NCBI GenBank assembly: GCA_026786145.1
Contig: JAJAYQ010000056.1
Coordinates: 1 to 37,490 of the forward strand
Direction: 5' to 3'
DNA length: 37,490 bases
Origin: Spirochaetaceae bacterium
Lineage (GTDB): Bacteria; Actinomycetota; Actinomycetes; JACCUZ01
Shown here: in pieces, positions 11,470 to 20,425 of the stretch
How the letters are laid out: each line of letters starts with the position of its first letter
How positions within the stretch are numbered: the stretch's first letter is position 1
Made by a program: the position numbers and the translations under genes
Notes under the pieces: model-generated
What the model saw: the letters and a program-made list of their open reading frames with translations, nothing else
The model's database searches: none
Told to the model about the DNA's origin: nothing

Positions 11470-14031
11470 GTGAGAGCCCTTCGCCGTTTCACCGTCCGGG
11501 CGCAGCTCCCGCCATCGCTGGCGCCGCTGCAGACGTTGGCCACCAACCTGCGGTGGACCTGGCATCCACCCACCCACGACCTGTTCGCCACCTTGGACCC
11601 GGATGCGTGGGACCGCGCCGGTCACGATCCGGTACGGCTGCTCGGCGAGATGACTACGGCGAGGCTGGCGGAACTGGCCGCCGATGCCGAGACCGTCGTC
11701 ACCGTCCGGGAGCTGGTCGACGACCTCGCGGCGTACCTCCGCGAGCCACGCTGGTACCAGACCGAACGCGAGGACGACCCGACGCTGCCCGACGCCGTCG
11801 GCTACTTCTCGATGGAGTTCGGCGTCTCCGAGGTGCTGCCCAACTACTCCGGCGGTCTCGGCGTGCTCGCCGGTGACCACCTCAAGTCGGCATCCGACCT
11901 CGGCCTGCCGCTGATCGGCGTCGGGCTGCTGTACCGGTCGGGCTACTTCCGGCAGTCGCTCTCGCTCGACGGCTGGCAGCTCGAGCACTACCCGGTGCTC
12001 GACCCGCAGGGGCTACCCCTGCGGTTGCTCTGCGGGGACGGCGGCGACCCGATCCTCGTGTCCGTGGCGATGCCCGCCGGCCGGACGCTGTCCGCGCGCG
12101 TCTGGCAGGCCGCGGTCGGCCGGGTTCCGTTGTTGCTGCTCGACACCGAGATCGAGGAGAACGAGCCCGACCTGCGTGGCGTCACCGACCGGCTCTACGG
12201 CGGCGACCAGCACCAGCGCATCCGCCAGGAGATCCTCGTCGGGATCGGCGGCGTGCGGGCCGTCCGCGCGTTCTGCGCCGCCACCGGCCACCCGTCGCCG
12301 GAGGTGTTCCACACCAACGAGGGCCACGCCGGCTACCTGGGCCTGGAGCGCATCCGCGAGCTGCAGGACGGGCCGGGCCTGTCGTTCGACGAGGCTGTCG
12401 CCACCGTCCGGGCGGGCACGGTGTTCACCACCCACACGCCCGTCCCCGCGGGCATCGACAGGTTCCCCGTCGAGATGGTGCAGCACTACTTCGCCGCGGG
12501 TCGCACCGACAGCGGAGACCCCATCGACACCCTCCTGCCCGGCGTCCCCACCGACCGGGTGCTCGCGCTGGGTTCGGAGGAGAACCCCACCATGTTCAAC
12601 ATGGCGCACATGGGGCTGCGCCTGGCCCAGCGGGCCAATGGCGTGTCGAAGCTGCACGGTGCCGTGTCGCGGGGCATGTTCGGCTCCCTCTGGGAGGGAT
12701 TCGACGCCGACGAGGTCCCGATCCGTTCGGTCACCAACGGCGTCCACGGGGCCACCTGGGAGGCCCGCGAGGTCACGGAGCTGATCGGCGAGCCGGGCGG
12801 CGTCCCGACCGAGGTCTCCGACCAGACCCTGTGGGAGCTGCGGGGTGCGCTGCGCGCGCGGCTGGTCCACGAGGTCCGCCGCCGCGTCCGGGAGGCGTGG
12901 CTGGAACGCGGCGCGTCCGCCCCCGAGCTGGGCTGGACCGACCACGTCTTCGACCCGGAGGTGCTGACCGTCGGCTTCGCCCGACGTGTCCCGACCTACA
13001 AGCGGCTGACCCTGATGCTGCGGGACAAGGACCGGTTGCGCGACCTCCTGCTCGACCCGAGCCGTCCGGTGCAGCTCGTCGTGGCGGGCAAGTCGCACCC
13101 GGCCGACGACGGTGGCAAGGCGCTGATCCAGGAGGTCGTGCAGTTCGCCGACGACCCGGCCGTGCGCCACCGCATCGCGTTCCTCCCCGACTACGACATG
13201 TCGATGGCCCGCTACCTCTACTGGGGTTGCGACGTCTGGCTCAACAACCCGCTGCGGCCGTTGGAGGCGTGCGGCACGTCGGGCATGAAGTCGGCGCTCA
13301 ACGGCGGGCTCAACCTCTCCATCCGCGACGGGTGGTGGGACGAGTTCTACGACGGCGCCAACGGCTGGGCCATCCCCACCGCCGACGGCATCACCGACCC
13401 CACCCGCCGCGACGACCTCGAGGCCAACGCGCTCTACGAACTGCTGGCCACGCAGGTGGGCCCGGTGTTCTACGAGCGCACCAACGGCGTCCCGCCGCGC
13501 TGGGTGGAGCTGGTGCGCCACACCTTGACGACCCTGCGCCCCCAGGTGCAGGCCACGCGCATGGTGCAGGAGTACACCCAGGGCCTCTACTCGCCCGCCG
13601 CCCGCGCGGCCACCCTGATCGCGGCCGACGGGTTCGCCGGTGCCAAGGAGCTGGCGGCCTACCGGGCGCGGCTGGGTGCGGCGTGGAACCGGGTGCAGGT
13701 GCTCGGCGTCGACGCGTCCGGGCTCCCCGACACACCGGTGGTCGGTGCGCCGATGACGATGCGTGCAGCCGTCGCGCTCGGGGGGCTCTCGCCGTCCGAC
13801 GTGGTGGTGCAGGCCGTCGTCGGGCAGGTGGACGAGGCCGACGAGCTGCGCGGCTCCACCACGGTGGCGATGACGCACGTCGGTGCGGTGGACGGCGACG
13901 ATGACGGCGACCGCTTCGAAGCCGTGGTGCCCCTGCCGCACGCGGGCCTGACGGGCTACACGGTCAGGGTCCTGCCCCACCACGACCTGCTGGCCAGCCC
14001 GGCGGAACTGGGCAAGGTGGTCCTGGCCTGA
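11470..14031 (+). CDS. glgP: alpha-glucan (glycogen) phosphorylase
   Basis: RALRRFTV N-terminus, YFSMEFG, YSGGLGVLAGDHLK, NEGHAG, GFARRVPTYKR, EACGTSGMK PLP-lysine motif; GTG 11470 follows TACGCT -10 (11456-11461). Confidence 0.96.
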   Translation: MRALRRFTVRAQLPPSLAPLQTLATNLRWTWHPPTHDLFATLDPDAWDRAGHDPVRLLGEMTTARLAELAADAETVVTVRELVDDLAAYLREPRWYQTEREDDPTLPDAVGYFSMEFGVSEVLPNYSGGLGVLAGDHLKSASDLGLPLIGVGLLYRSGYFRQSLSLDGWQLEHYPVLDPQGLPLRLLCGDGGDPILVSVAMPAGRTLSARVWQAAVGRVPLLLLDTEIEENEPDLRGVTDRLYGGDQHQRIRQEILVGIGGVRAVRAFCAATGHPSPEVFHTNEGHAGYLGLERIRELQDGPGLSFDEAVATVRAGTVFTTHTPVPAGIDRFPVEMVQHYFAAGRTDSGDPIDTLLPGVPTDRVLALGSEENPTMFNMAHMGLRLAQRANGVSKLHGAVSRGMFGSLWEGFDADEVPIRSVTNGVHGATWEAREVTELIGEPGGVPTEVSDQTLWELRGALRARLVHEVRRRVREAWLERGASAPELGWTDHVFDPEVLTVGFARRVPTYKRLTLMLRDKDRLRDLLLDPSRPVQLVVAGKSHPADDGGKALIQEVVQFADDPAVRHRIAFLPDYDMSMARYLYWGCDVWLNNPLRPLEACGTSGMKSALNGGLNLSIRDGWWDEFYDGANGWAIPTADGITDPTRRDDLEANALYELLATQVGPVFYERTNGVPPRWVELVRHTLTTLRPQVQATRMVQEYTQGLYSPAARAATLIAADGFAGAKELAAYRARLGAAWNRVQVLGVDASGLPDTPVVGAPMTMRAAVALGGLSPSDVVVQAVVGQVDEADELRGSTTVAMTHVGAVDGDDDGDRFEAVVPLPHAGLTGYTVRVLPHHDLLASPAELGKVVLA

Positions 14032-14046
14032 CCTGCGCCGCGCGAA

Positions 14047-14083
14047 CGGCACTCTCGTGCGAACTCGTCGCCCGAGAGTGCCG
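14047..14083. repeat. inverted repeat/hairpin between convergent glgP and glgX (REP-like or terminator)
   Basis: CGGCACTCTCG (14047-14057) pairs with CGAGAGTGCCG (14073-14083), with further inner pairing. Confidence 0.7.
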
Positions 14084-14127
14084 CTCGTCCAGCAGTCGTG
14101 GCGGTTCGCGCCTGCGGGCGCACCCTG

Positions 14128-14180
14128 GCCCCGACTCGCGCGCATGCCCCGACTCGCGCGCACGCTGGCCCCGACTCGCG
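14128..14180. repeat. three 13-bp direct repeats GCCCCGACTCGCG
   Basis: Copies start at 14128, 14146 and 14168. Confidence 0.8.
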
Positions 14181-14182
14181 GG

Positions 14183-16192
14183 TCAGGGGGTGGTGCGCAG
14201 AAGGAGCAGGGAGCGCGGCGGGAGGGTGATCGTCGTGCTGGACGGGAGGGGGCGGCTGCTCGCCGGGGCGCCGTCGGGGCGGGTGCTGTCGACGACCGGG
14301 GTGAACGGTCCCGCTGGGGGCAGCGTCGCCGGCACCGCGTCGGGCCCGCCGTGCAGGAACAGCAGCCACTCCCCACGCAGCAGGCCGAGGGTGTGCAGCT
14401 CGCCGTCGTGCCAGTCGTGCCCCCCGATCCGGCGCCCGTCCGGATGCCACCAGAGGATCTCCCCGTGGCGGTAGAAGCGGTCGCGATGCAGCGCCGCTGA
14501 GCCGTGGCGGATCGCGGCCACCCGCTGCGTGAAGCCGGTCAGTGATGCGGCCGAGGCGTCCGGCGTCCAGTCCGTCCAGGACGTCTCGTCGTCGTGGCAG
14601 TAGGCGTTGTTGTTGCCGCCCTGGGTGCGCCACCGCTCGTCGCCGGCGAGCAGCATCGGTGTCCCCGTCGAGAGCAGCACGGTGCCGAGCAGTGCGCGGG
14701 CGGTCGCCAGCCGCCTCGCGAGGATCACCGGAGAGGACGTGTCGCCCTCCACGCCGAGGTTCTGCGAGCGGTTGTCGTCGGTGCCGTCGAGGTTGGCCTC
14801 GCCGTTGGCCTCGTTGTGCTTGCGCTCGTAGGACACGAGATCGCGCAGCGTGAACCCGTCGTGAGCGGTGACGAAGTTGACCGACGCCCACGGCCTGCGT
14901 CCCGAGTGCTTGTACAGGTCGGAGCTGCCCGTCAGACGCGAGGCGACCTCGCCGATACCGCCGTGGCCGCGCCAGAAGTCGCGCACCGCGTCGCGGAACC
15001 GGCCGTTCCACTCCGACCACGCGACGCCGAACCCGCCGACCCGGTAGCCCTCACCGGTGGCGTCCCACGGCTCGGCGATCAGCTTGACGCCCGACAGGAT
15101 CGGGTCGATCGCGATCGCCGTCAGCAGGGGGGAGTTCGGGTCGAACGCGCCGCTGCGCGGCCGGCCGAGGACGCTGGCGAGGTCGATGCGGAAACCGTCG
15201 ACGCCGAACGCCGTCACCCAGTGCCGCAGTGCGTCGCAGACGAGCCGGATCACCATGGGCGAGCCCGGGTCGAGGGTGTTTCCGGTGCCGGTGATGTCGG
15301 CGTCGTGGCCGTTGCCGCCGAGTGAGTAGTACGCGGGCGCATCCAGGCCCCGGTAGGACAGCGTCGTCCCGCCGACGCCGCCCTCGGCGGTGTGGTTGGG
15401 CACCAGGTCGAGGATCACCTCGATACCGGCCGCATGCATCGCCGCCACCATCGCCCGGAACTCCGCGATCTCCGCGCCCGGCACGCTCGCGTAGCCCGCG
15501 TGCGGGGCGAGGAACCCCAACGTCGCGTAGCCCCAGTAGTTGCTCATGCCGCGCTGCAGCAGCGGCGGCTCGTCGGCGATGGACGTGACGGGCAGAAGCT
15601 CCACGGCCGTGACGCCGATGCGACGCAGATGGCCTGTCACCGCGGGGTGGGCCAGCCCCAGGTAGGTGCCACGGTGCTCGGGCGGCACGTCGGGGTGGAG
15701 CATCGTGTGGCCGCGGACGTGCAGCTCGGCGATCACCGTCTCCGACCACGGCACGTCCGGACGGTCGACGGGAGTGGGTACGTCCGGCGCCGTGACGACC
15801 GAGAGCGGCACGTGGCCGAGCGAGTCGACGGTGCTGCGCAGGCCCGTCATCGGGTCGTCCACCCAGCCGCGCGCGGCCGCCAGGTTCGTGACCCGGCCGA
15901 CGATCCGGCGTGCGTAGGGGTCGACGAGGATCTTCGCCGGGTTGGCGCGCAGCCCGTCCCACGGACGGTAGGGGCCGTGCACCCGGTAGCCGTAGCGCTG
16001 CCCGGCGCGGACTCCGGGGACGTGTCCGTGCCACACCCCGAACGTCCGTTCGGTCAGGGCGACACGCCGCTCCGTCGGCTCGGCGTCGGGACCGGAGACC
16101 AGACACACCTCCACGGCATCCGCGCTGGTGGAAGCGACTGCGAAGCGGACCCCGACGGCATCGACGTGGGCACCCAGCGGGAAGACCGACAC
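14183..16192 (-). CDS. glgX: glycogen debranching enzyme (isoamylase-type, GH13)
   Basis: FPLGA, YGYRVHGP, NYWGY, NHTAEG, DGFRIDLA, LIAEPWD, NFVTAHDGFTLRDLVSY, QGGNNNAYC motifs. Confidence 0.95.
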   Translation of the reverse strand: MSVFPLGAHVDAVGVRFAVASTSADAVEVCLVSGPDAEPTERRVALTERTFGVWHGHVPGVRAGQRYGYRVHGPYRPWDGLRANPAKILVDPYARRIVGRVTNLAAARGWVDDPMTGLRSTVDSLGHVPLSVVTAPDVPTPVDRPDVPWSETVIAELHVRGHTMLHPDVPPEHRGTYLGLAHPAVTGHLRRIGVTAVELLPVTSIADEPPLLQRGMSNYWGYATLGFLAPHAGYASVPGAEIAEFRAMVAAMHAAGIEVILDLVPNHTAEGGVGGTTLSYRGLDAPAYYSLGGNGHDADITGTGNTLDPGSPMVIRLVCDALRHWVTAFGVDGFRIDLASVLGRPRSGAFDPNSPLLTAIAIDPILSGVKLIAEPWDATGEGYRVGGFGVAWSEWNGRFRDAVRDFWRGHGGIGEVASRLTGSSDLYKHSGRRPWASVNFVTAHDGFTLRDLVSYERKHNEANGEANLDGTDDNRSQNLGVEGDTSSPVILARRLATARALLGTVLLSTGTPMLLAGDERWRTQGGNNNAYCHDDETSWTDWTPDASAASLTGFTQRVAAIRHGSAALHRDRFYRHGEILWWHPDGRRIGGHDWHDGELHTLGLLRGEWLLFLHGGPDAVPATLPPAGPFTPVVDSTRPDGAPASSRPLPSSTTITLPPRSLLLLRTTP

Positions 16193-16296
16193 GATCGGCG
16201 AGGATAGGCGACGTGGCAGCGCCGGGATCGCACCCTGAGTCCTTGTTCACTGCGGGTAGTGCCGCAGGACCCGACGATGCGGGGCGGGGTGTCGCC

Positions 16297-17142
16297 GTGC
16301 CCGATGTCGCGGCGCGGGCCGTCGACGCGGCGCATGACGGCACCGGAGGTCCCGATCTCACGGACCTCGTGATCCGGATGGACGGCGTGGCGGTGCGGCG
16401 CGGCCCGTCCACGCTGGTCCACGACATCGACTGGCACGTCGAGGTCGACGAGCGCTGGGTCGTGCTCGGTCCGAACGGGGCGGGCAAGACGACCCTGCTG
16501 CGGCTGGCGGCGGCGGAGCTGCACCCGTCCGACGGCACGGTGCACGTGCTCGGTGAGAAGCTCGGCCGGGTCAACGTGTTCGAGCTGCGCACCCGCATCG
16601 GACTGAGCTCGGCCTCCCTCGGGGCGCGCGTGCCCGACGACGAGACGGTCCGCGACGTGGTGGTCAGCGCCGGCTACGGGGTGCTGGGCCGCTGGCGCGA
16701 GCGGTACGACGGCGCCGACACCGACCGCGCCGACGCCCTGCTCGACGCCCTGGGCGTGCGAGCGCTGGCCGGGCGGCGGTTCGGCACGTTGTCCGAAGGT
16801 GAGCGCAAGCGCACCATGATCGCCCGCGCGCTCATGACCGACCCCGAGCTGCTCCTGCTCGACGAGCCCGCCGCGGGCCTCGACCTCGGCGCCCGCGAGG
16901 ACCTCATCGGACGCCTCACAACGCTGGCGGCCGACCCGGACGCGCCCGTGTCGGTGCTGGTCACCCACCACGTCGAGGAGATCCCGAGCGGGTACAGCCA
17001 CGGTCTGCTGCTGCGCGAAGGTGCCGTGGTGGCCGCCGGCCTCCTCGACGACGTGCTCACCGACGACAACCTCACCGCGACGTTCGGGCTCCCCCTGCGG
17101 GCCCAGCGCCGCCGCGGCCGCTACTCGGCCTGGCTGCGCTGA
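16297..17142 (+). CDS. ABC transporter ATP-binding protein (Rv3041c-like); start uncertain
   Basis: Walker A GPNGAGKT, signature LSEGE, Walker B LLLLDE, H-loop VTHH. Confidence 0.88.
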   Translation: MPDVAARAVDAAHDGTGGPDLTDLVIRMDGVAVRRGPSTLVHDIDWHVEVDERWVVLGPNGAGKTTLLRLAAAELHPSDGTVHVLGEKLGRVNVFELRTRIGLSSASLGARVPDDETVRDVVVSAGYGVLGRWRERYDGADTDRADALLDALGVRALAGRRFGTLSEGERKRTMIARALMTDPELLLLDEPAAGLDLGAREDLIGRLTTLAADPDAPVSVLVTHHVEEIPSGYSHGLLLREGAVVAAGLLDDVLTDDNLTATFGLPLRAQRRRGRYSAWLR

Positions 17143-17155
17143 CCGCGTCGCCCAG

Positions 17156-17210
17156 GTTCAGGAAAGCCACCTTCATGCCCGCTCCGGGCAGGAACGTGGC
17201 TTTCCTGAAC
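17156..17210. repeat. long palindromic REP-like element
   Basis: GTTCAGGAAAGCCAC (17156-17170) is a perfect inverse of 17196-17210; inner TTC/GAA and TGCCC/GGGCA pairing. Confidence 0.8.
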
Positions 17211-17237
17211 TGCATGGGCGGCCGTTAGGGTTCCACC

Positions 17238-18017
17238 GTGACCGAATTCGTGCAGCTCGAGGTCGACGGCGGGGTCGGGGTGATCCGGCTGGACCGCCCC
17301 CCGATGAACGCGTTCAACCGGCAGGTGCAGGAGGAGCTCAAGGCGTGCGCCGAGGAGGCGGCGCGTCGCGCGGACGTCGCGTCGGTGGTCGTCCACGGCG
17401 GGGAGAAGGTGTTCGCCGCCGGCGCCGACGTCAAGGAGATGGTGGGGATGACCTACGCCGACATCGCCCCGGTCGCCCGAAGGCTCTCGGCGTGTTTCGG
17501 GTCGATCTCGGAGATCCCCAAGCCCACCGTCGCCGCGATCACCGGATTCGCACTCGGCGGCGGCATGGAGGTGGCGCTGGGTTGCGACCGCCGGGTCTGC
17601 GGCGACAACGCACGGCTCGGCCAGCCCGAGATCCTGCTCGGCATCATCCCCGGCGGCGGCGGCACGCAGCGGATGACGCGCCTGATCGGCGTACCTCGGG
17701 CCAAGGACCTGATTTTCACCGGGCGGATGGTGAAGGCCGACGAGGCGCTGGCGATCGGTCTCGTGGACGAGGTCGTGCCGGCCGACGAGGTCTATGCCGC
17801 AGCGCGACGGTGGGCCGAGCAGTTCGTGGGCGGCCCCGCTGTGGCGCTGGCCGCGGCCAAGAAGGCGATCGACTCCTGCCTGGACACGGACCTGCGTACC
17901 GGCCTGGATCTGGAGGCGGAGATGTTCGCCGCCCTCTTCGCCACCGACGACCGTCGCAGGGGCATGGAGTCCTTCGTGGCGAACGGACCCGGCAAGGCGG
18001 AGTTCACCGGGCGCTGA
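17238..18017 (+). CDS. enoyl-CoA hydratase/isomerase (EchA17-like)
   Basis: FAAGADVKEM, ALGGGMEVALGCD, LGQPEILLGIIPGGGG crotonase motifs; TAGGGT -10 six nt before GTG. Confidence 0.93.
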   Translation: MTEFVQLEVDGGVGVIRLDRPPMNAFNRQVQEELKACAEEAARRADVASVVVHGGEKVFAAGADVKEMVGMTYADIAPVARRLSACFGSISEIPKPTVAAITGFALGGGMEVALGCDRRVCGDNARLGQPEILLGIIPGGGGTQRMTRLIGVPRAKDLIFTGRMVKADEALAIGLVDEVVPADEVYAAARRWAEQFVGGPAVALAAAKKAIDSCLDTDLRTGLDLEAEMFAALFATDDRRRGMESFVANGPGKAEFTGR

Positions 18018-18153
18018 GCGCCGCGTCGACGAGCGATGTGGACGGCCAGGCCGAACGCCGGTCCACCGGCTCGGGCGCGCGGCGGGCCCGGGACGAGGAT
18101 CGTGAAGGACTCAGCACCACGGCGACCGCCGTCGGGCGAGCTGACCGATGGAG

Positions 18154-19095
18154 TTACCCGACAGTGGGCACCCCGTCCGAGGTCGGGCGATGTTCGCCGC
18201 CGTCGGCCGGACGCCCGGGCGTCACCCGGCGCGGGTGAGGCGCACCGAAGACCCGGCCCCGTGTTGCGGGGTACTCCACCGGCTCCCGGAGCAGGACGCG
18301 GCGCACACCGGGTTGTTCGGCCAGCGTCGCGGCGACCACAGTCAGGAGCACCCAGATCACCGCTGCGCTGCCGACCGTCAGCAGGACGGGCAGCCACAGG
18401 CCGCCGAGCTCCTCGATCGCCGTCCGCTTCGCCCAGATCCGCCAGAACAGCATGAGGTCGACCACGTAGCCCAGCCCGTAGGACACGACGAAGGAGAGCA
18501 GGAACGGTCTCAGTGTGCTGTCGTGTGGCCGGGCAGCGAGCGGCTCGTAGCGCAACGGCGCGACGATCGACAGGACGTTCCCCACGCCGAGCCACAGCAG
18601 CATCATGGTGATCAACAGGCCGCACGCCTTGACCAGCGCATCGGTGTCGCCGATGCGCGAGGCCAGCAGGACGCTGAGCAGGGTCCCGACGGCGCCGACC
18701 ACGCACAGCAGCGCCAGGTTCTTGGCCAGCAGGATGTGCCACAGCCGGGTGCCGCCCGACAACTGGGCCCGCACTCGTGCCGCATCCATGCTCATGGCGT
18801 TCGTGCACACCATGCTGCCTATCCCCAACGACAGCGCGAAGTGCGCCAGATAGGGCAGGTAGGGCTCGGTCGCGTCCCACCGGAACAGCCGCGGGAAGGC
18901 GAGGTGGACCAGACCCAGTCCGAATCCGACGCCCAGGCGTACCGTGACCGACCGAGGCCTGCCGGCGGCGATGCGCGCCAGCCAGCGCACGCCGGCCGCG
19001 AGGGCGAACCCATGGCCGACGAGCGGATGAGGCCCGGCGAGCGGACGGTAGCCGCGGATCCTCCCCACTTCGGTCAGGTCCTCTACCGCCGTCAT
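18154..19095 (-). CDS. multi-pass membrane protein (ABC-2 permease-like, hypothetical)
   Basis: About 6-7 hydrophobic segments; 'LWHILLAKNLAL' resembles permease EAA-like loop; GGGGAG RBS before ATG. Confidence 0.7.
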   Translation of the reverse strand: MTAVEDLTEVGRIRGYRPLAGPHPLVGHGFALAAGVRWLARIAAGRPRSVTVRLGVGFGLGLVHLAFPRLFRWDATEPYLPYLAHFALSLGIGSMVCTNAMSMDAARVRAQLSGGTRLWHILLAKNLALLCVVGAVGTLLSVLLASRIGDTDALVKACGLLITMMLLWLGVGNVLSIVAPLRYEPLAARPHDSTLRPFLLSFVVSYGLGYVVDLMLFWRIWAKRTAIEELGGLWLPVLLTVGSAAVIWVLLTVVAATLAEQPGVRRVLLREPVEYPATRGRVFGAPHPRRVTPGRPADGGEHRPTSDGVPTVG

Positions 19096-19358
19096 GCTCC
19101 CCGGTCCCCGATCGCGCGCTGTCAGGCGGCTGGTCCCGGTTGTTCGGCTCGGCCTCCCGCACGAAGCCGACCGTGGTCGGCGTGCCCACGCTCGTCCTCG
19201 GCGTGTTCCGGTCGGTCGTGATGCCCCGCACCGGGACCGTCAGGGCGTCGAGGGCGAAGGACACCCGGATCGGGGTGAGAACACGACGATCGGAGGCACC
19301 CAGGATGCGCTGACCTCCGTCCACATCCCCAGGGTGGAGCCCGGAGGGTCTCCGTCGC

Positions 19359-19377
19359 CTCACCCGGACCGGGTGAG
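19359..19377. promoter_or_regulatory. perfect 19-bp palindrome, candidate operator
   Basis: CTCACCCGG-A-CCGGGTGAG in the divergent intergenic region about 35 nt upstream of the methyltransferase start. Confidence 0.4.
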
Positions 19378-19412
19378 CTCGCCCGTCCGACAGTTCTGCG
19401 ATGCTGCTGCCC

Positions 19413-20369
19413 ATGAGTACGGACCCGGTTCCTCACCCGCACGCCACCGCCGAGGAGGTGGAGGCGGCACGGCACGACCAGAAGCTCGCCAACGTGCTGT
19501 ACCACGACTGGGAGGCCGGCTCCTACGACGACAAGTGGTCCATCTCCTACGACGAGCGCTGCATCACCTACGCCGCCGACCGGTTCCGGTACGCCGCGGG
19601 TGACGCCGACTGGCCCTACGGCCGCGCGCTGGAGCTGGGCTGCGGAACCGGGTTCTTCCTGCTGAACCTCATGCAGGCGGGGCTCGCGAAGACCGGGTCG
19701 GTCACCGACCTGTCGCCCGGCATGGTGGCGGCGGCCCTGCGCAACGCCGCGCACCTCGGACTCGACGTCGACGGCCGCGTCGCCGACGCGGAGCGCCTGC
19801 CCTACGACGACGCCACGTTCGACGTGGTCGTCGGGCACGCGGTGCTGCACCACATCCCCGACCTCGACACCGCGTTCCGCGAGGTGCTGCGGGTGCTCAG
19901 ACCGGGAGGGCGGTTCGTGTTCGCCGGGGAGCCCACGAGGATCGGCGACCGCTACGCCCGCCGGCTCGGCGCGCTCACCTGGTCCGCCGCCACCACGATC
20001 ACGAAGGCCCCCGCCCTGGCGGGATGGCGCCGTACGCAGACCGAGCTCGACGGCTCCTCGCGCGCCGCCGCGCTGGAGGCCGTCGTGGACGTCCACGTGT
20101 TCGATCCCGCCGAGCTGGAGCGACTCGCCCGCGACGCCGGGGCACGCGACGCGCGGGTGGTCACCGAGGAGTTCACCGCGGCCATGCTCGGCTGGCCCGT
20201 GCGGACGTTCGAGGCGGCTGTCCCGCCCGGCAAGCTGGGCACCGGCTGGGCGATGTTCGCCTACCGCGGCTGGCAGGGGCTGTCGTGGCTGGACGGGCGC
20301 GTGCTCTCCCGGGTGGTGCCGCGGGCGTGGTTCTACAACGCGCTGATCACCGGCACGCGGCCCGGCTGA
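19413..20369 (+). CDS. class I SAM-dependent methyltransferase (Rv3038c-like)
   Basis: LYHDWEA..YDDKWSISYD, ALELGCGTG motif I, FDVVVGHAVLHH, VLRPGG. Confidence 0.92.
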   Translation: MSTDPVPHPHATAEEVEAARHDQKLANVLYHDWEAGSYDDKWSISYDERCITYAADRFRYAAGDADWPYGRALELGCGTGFFLLNLMQAGLAKTGSVTDLSPGMVAAALRNAAHLGLDVDGRVADAERLPYDDATFDVVVGHAVLHHIPDLDTAFREVLRVLRPGGRFVFAGEPTRIGDRYARRLGALTWSAATTITKAPALAGWRRTQTELDGSSRAAALEAVVDVHVFDPAELERLARDAGARDARVVTEEFTAAMLGWPVRTFEAAVPPGKLGTGWAMFAYRGWQGLSWLDGRVLSRVVPRAWFYNALITGTRPG

Positions 20370-20425
20370 GATCCCCGTAGCCCTACGGATCGCGCCGGCC
20401 GACCCTGTCCCGCGAGGATGAGCAC

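Noticed and set aside
14128-14180. Direct repeats as a mini CRISPR array
   Set aside because: Repeats are 13 bp with 5-9 nt spacers, far below CRISPR dimensions, and there are no cas genes
19414-19420. TGAGTAC, a half-site of the MacR box as I recall it from Streptomyces
   Set aside because: The second half-site is absent and it overlaps the methyltransferase start codon
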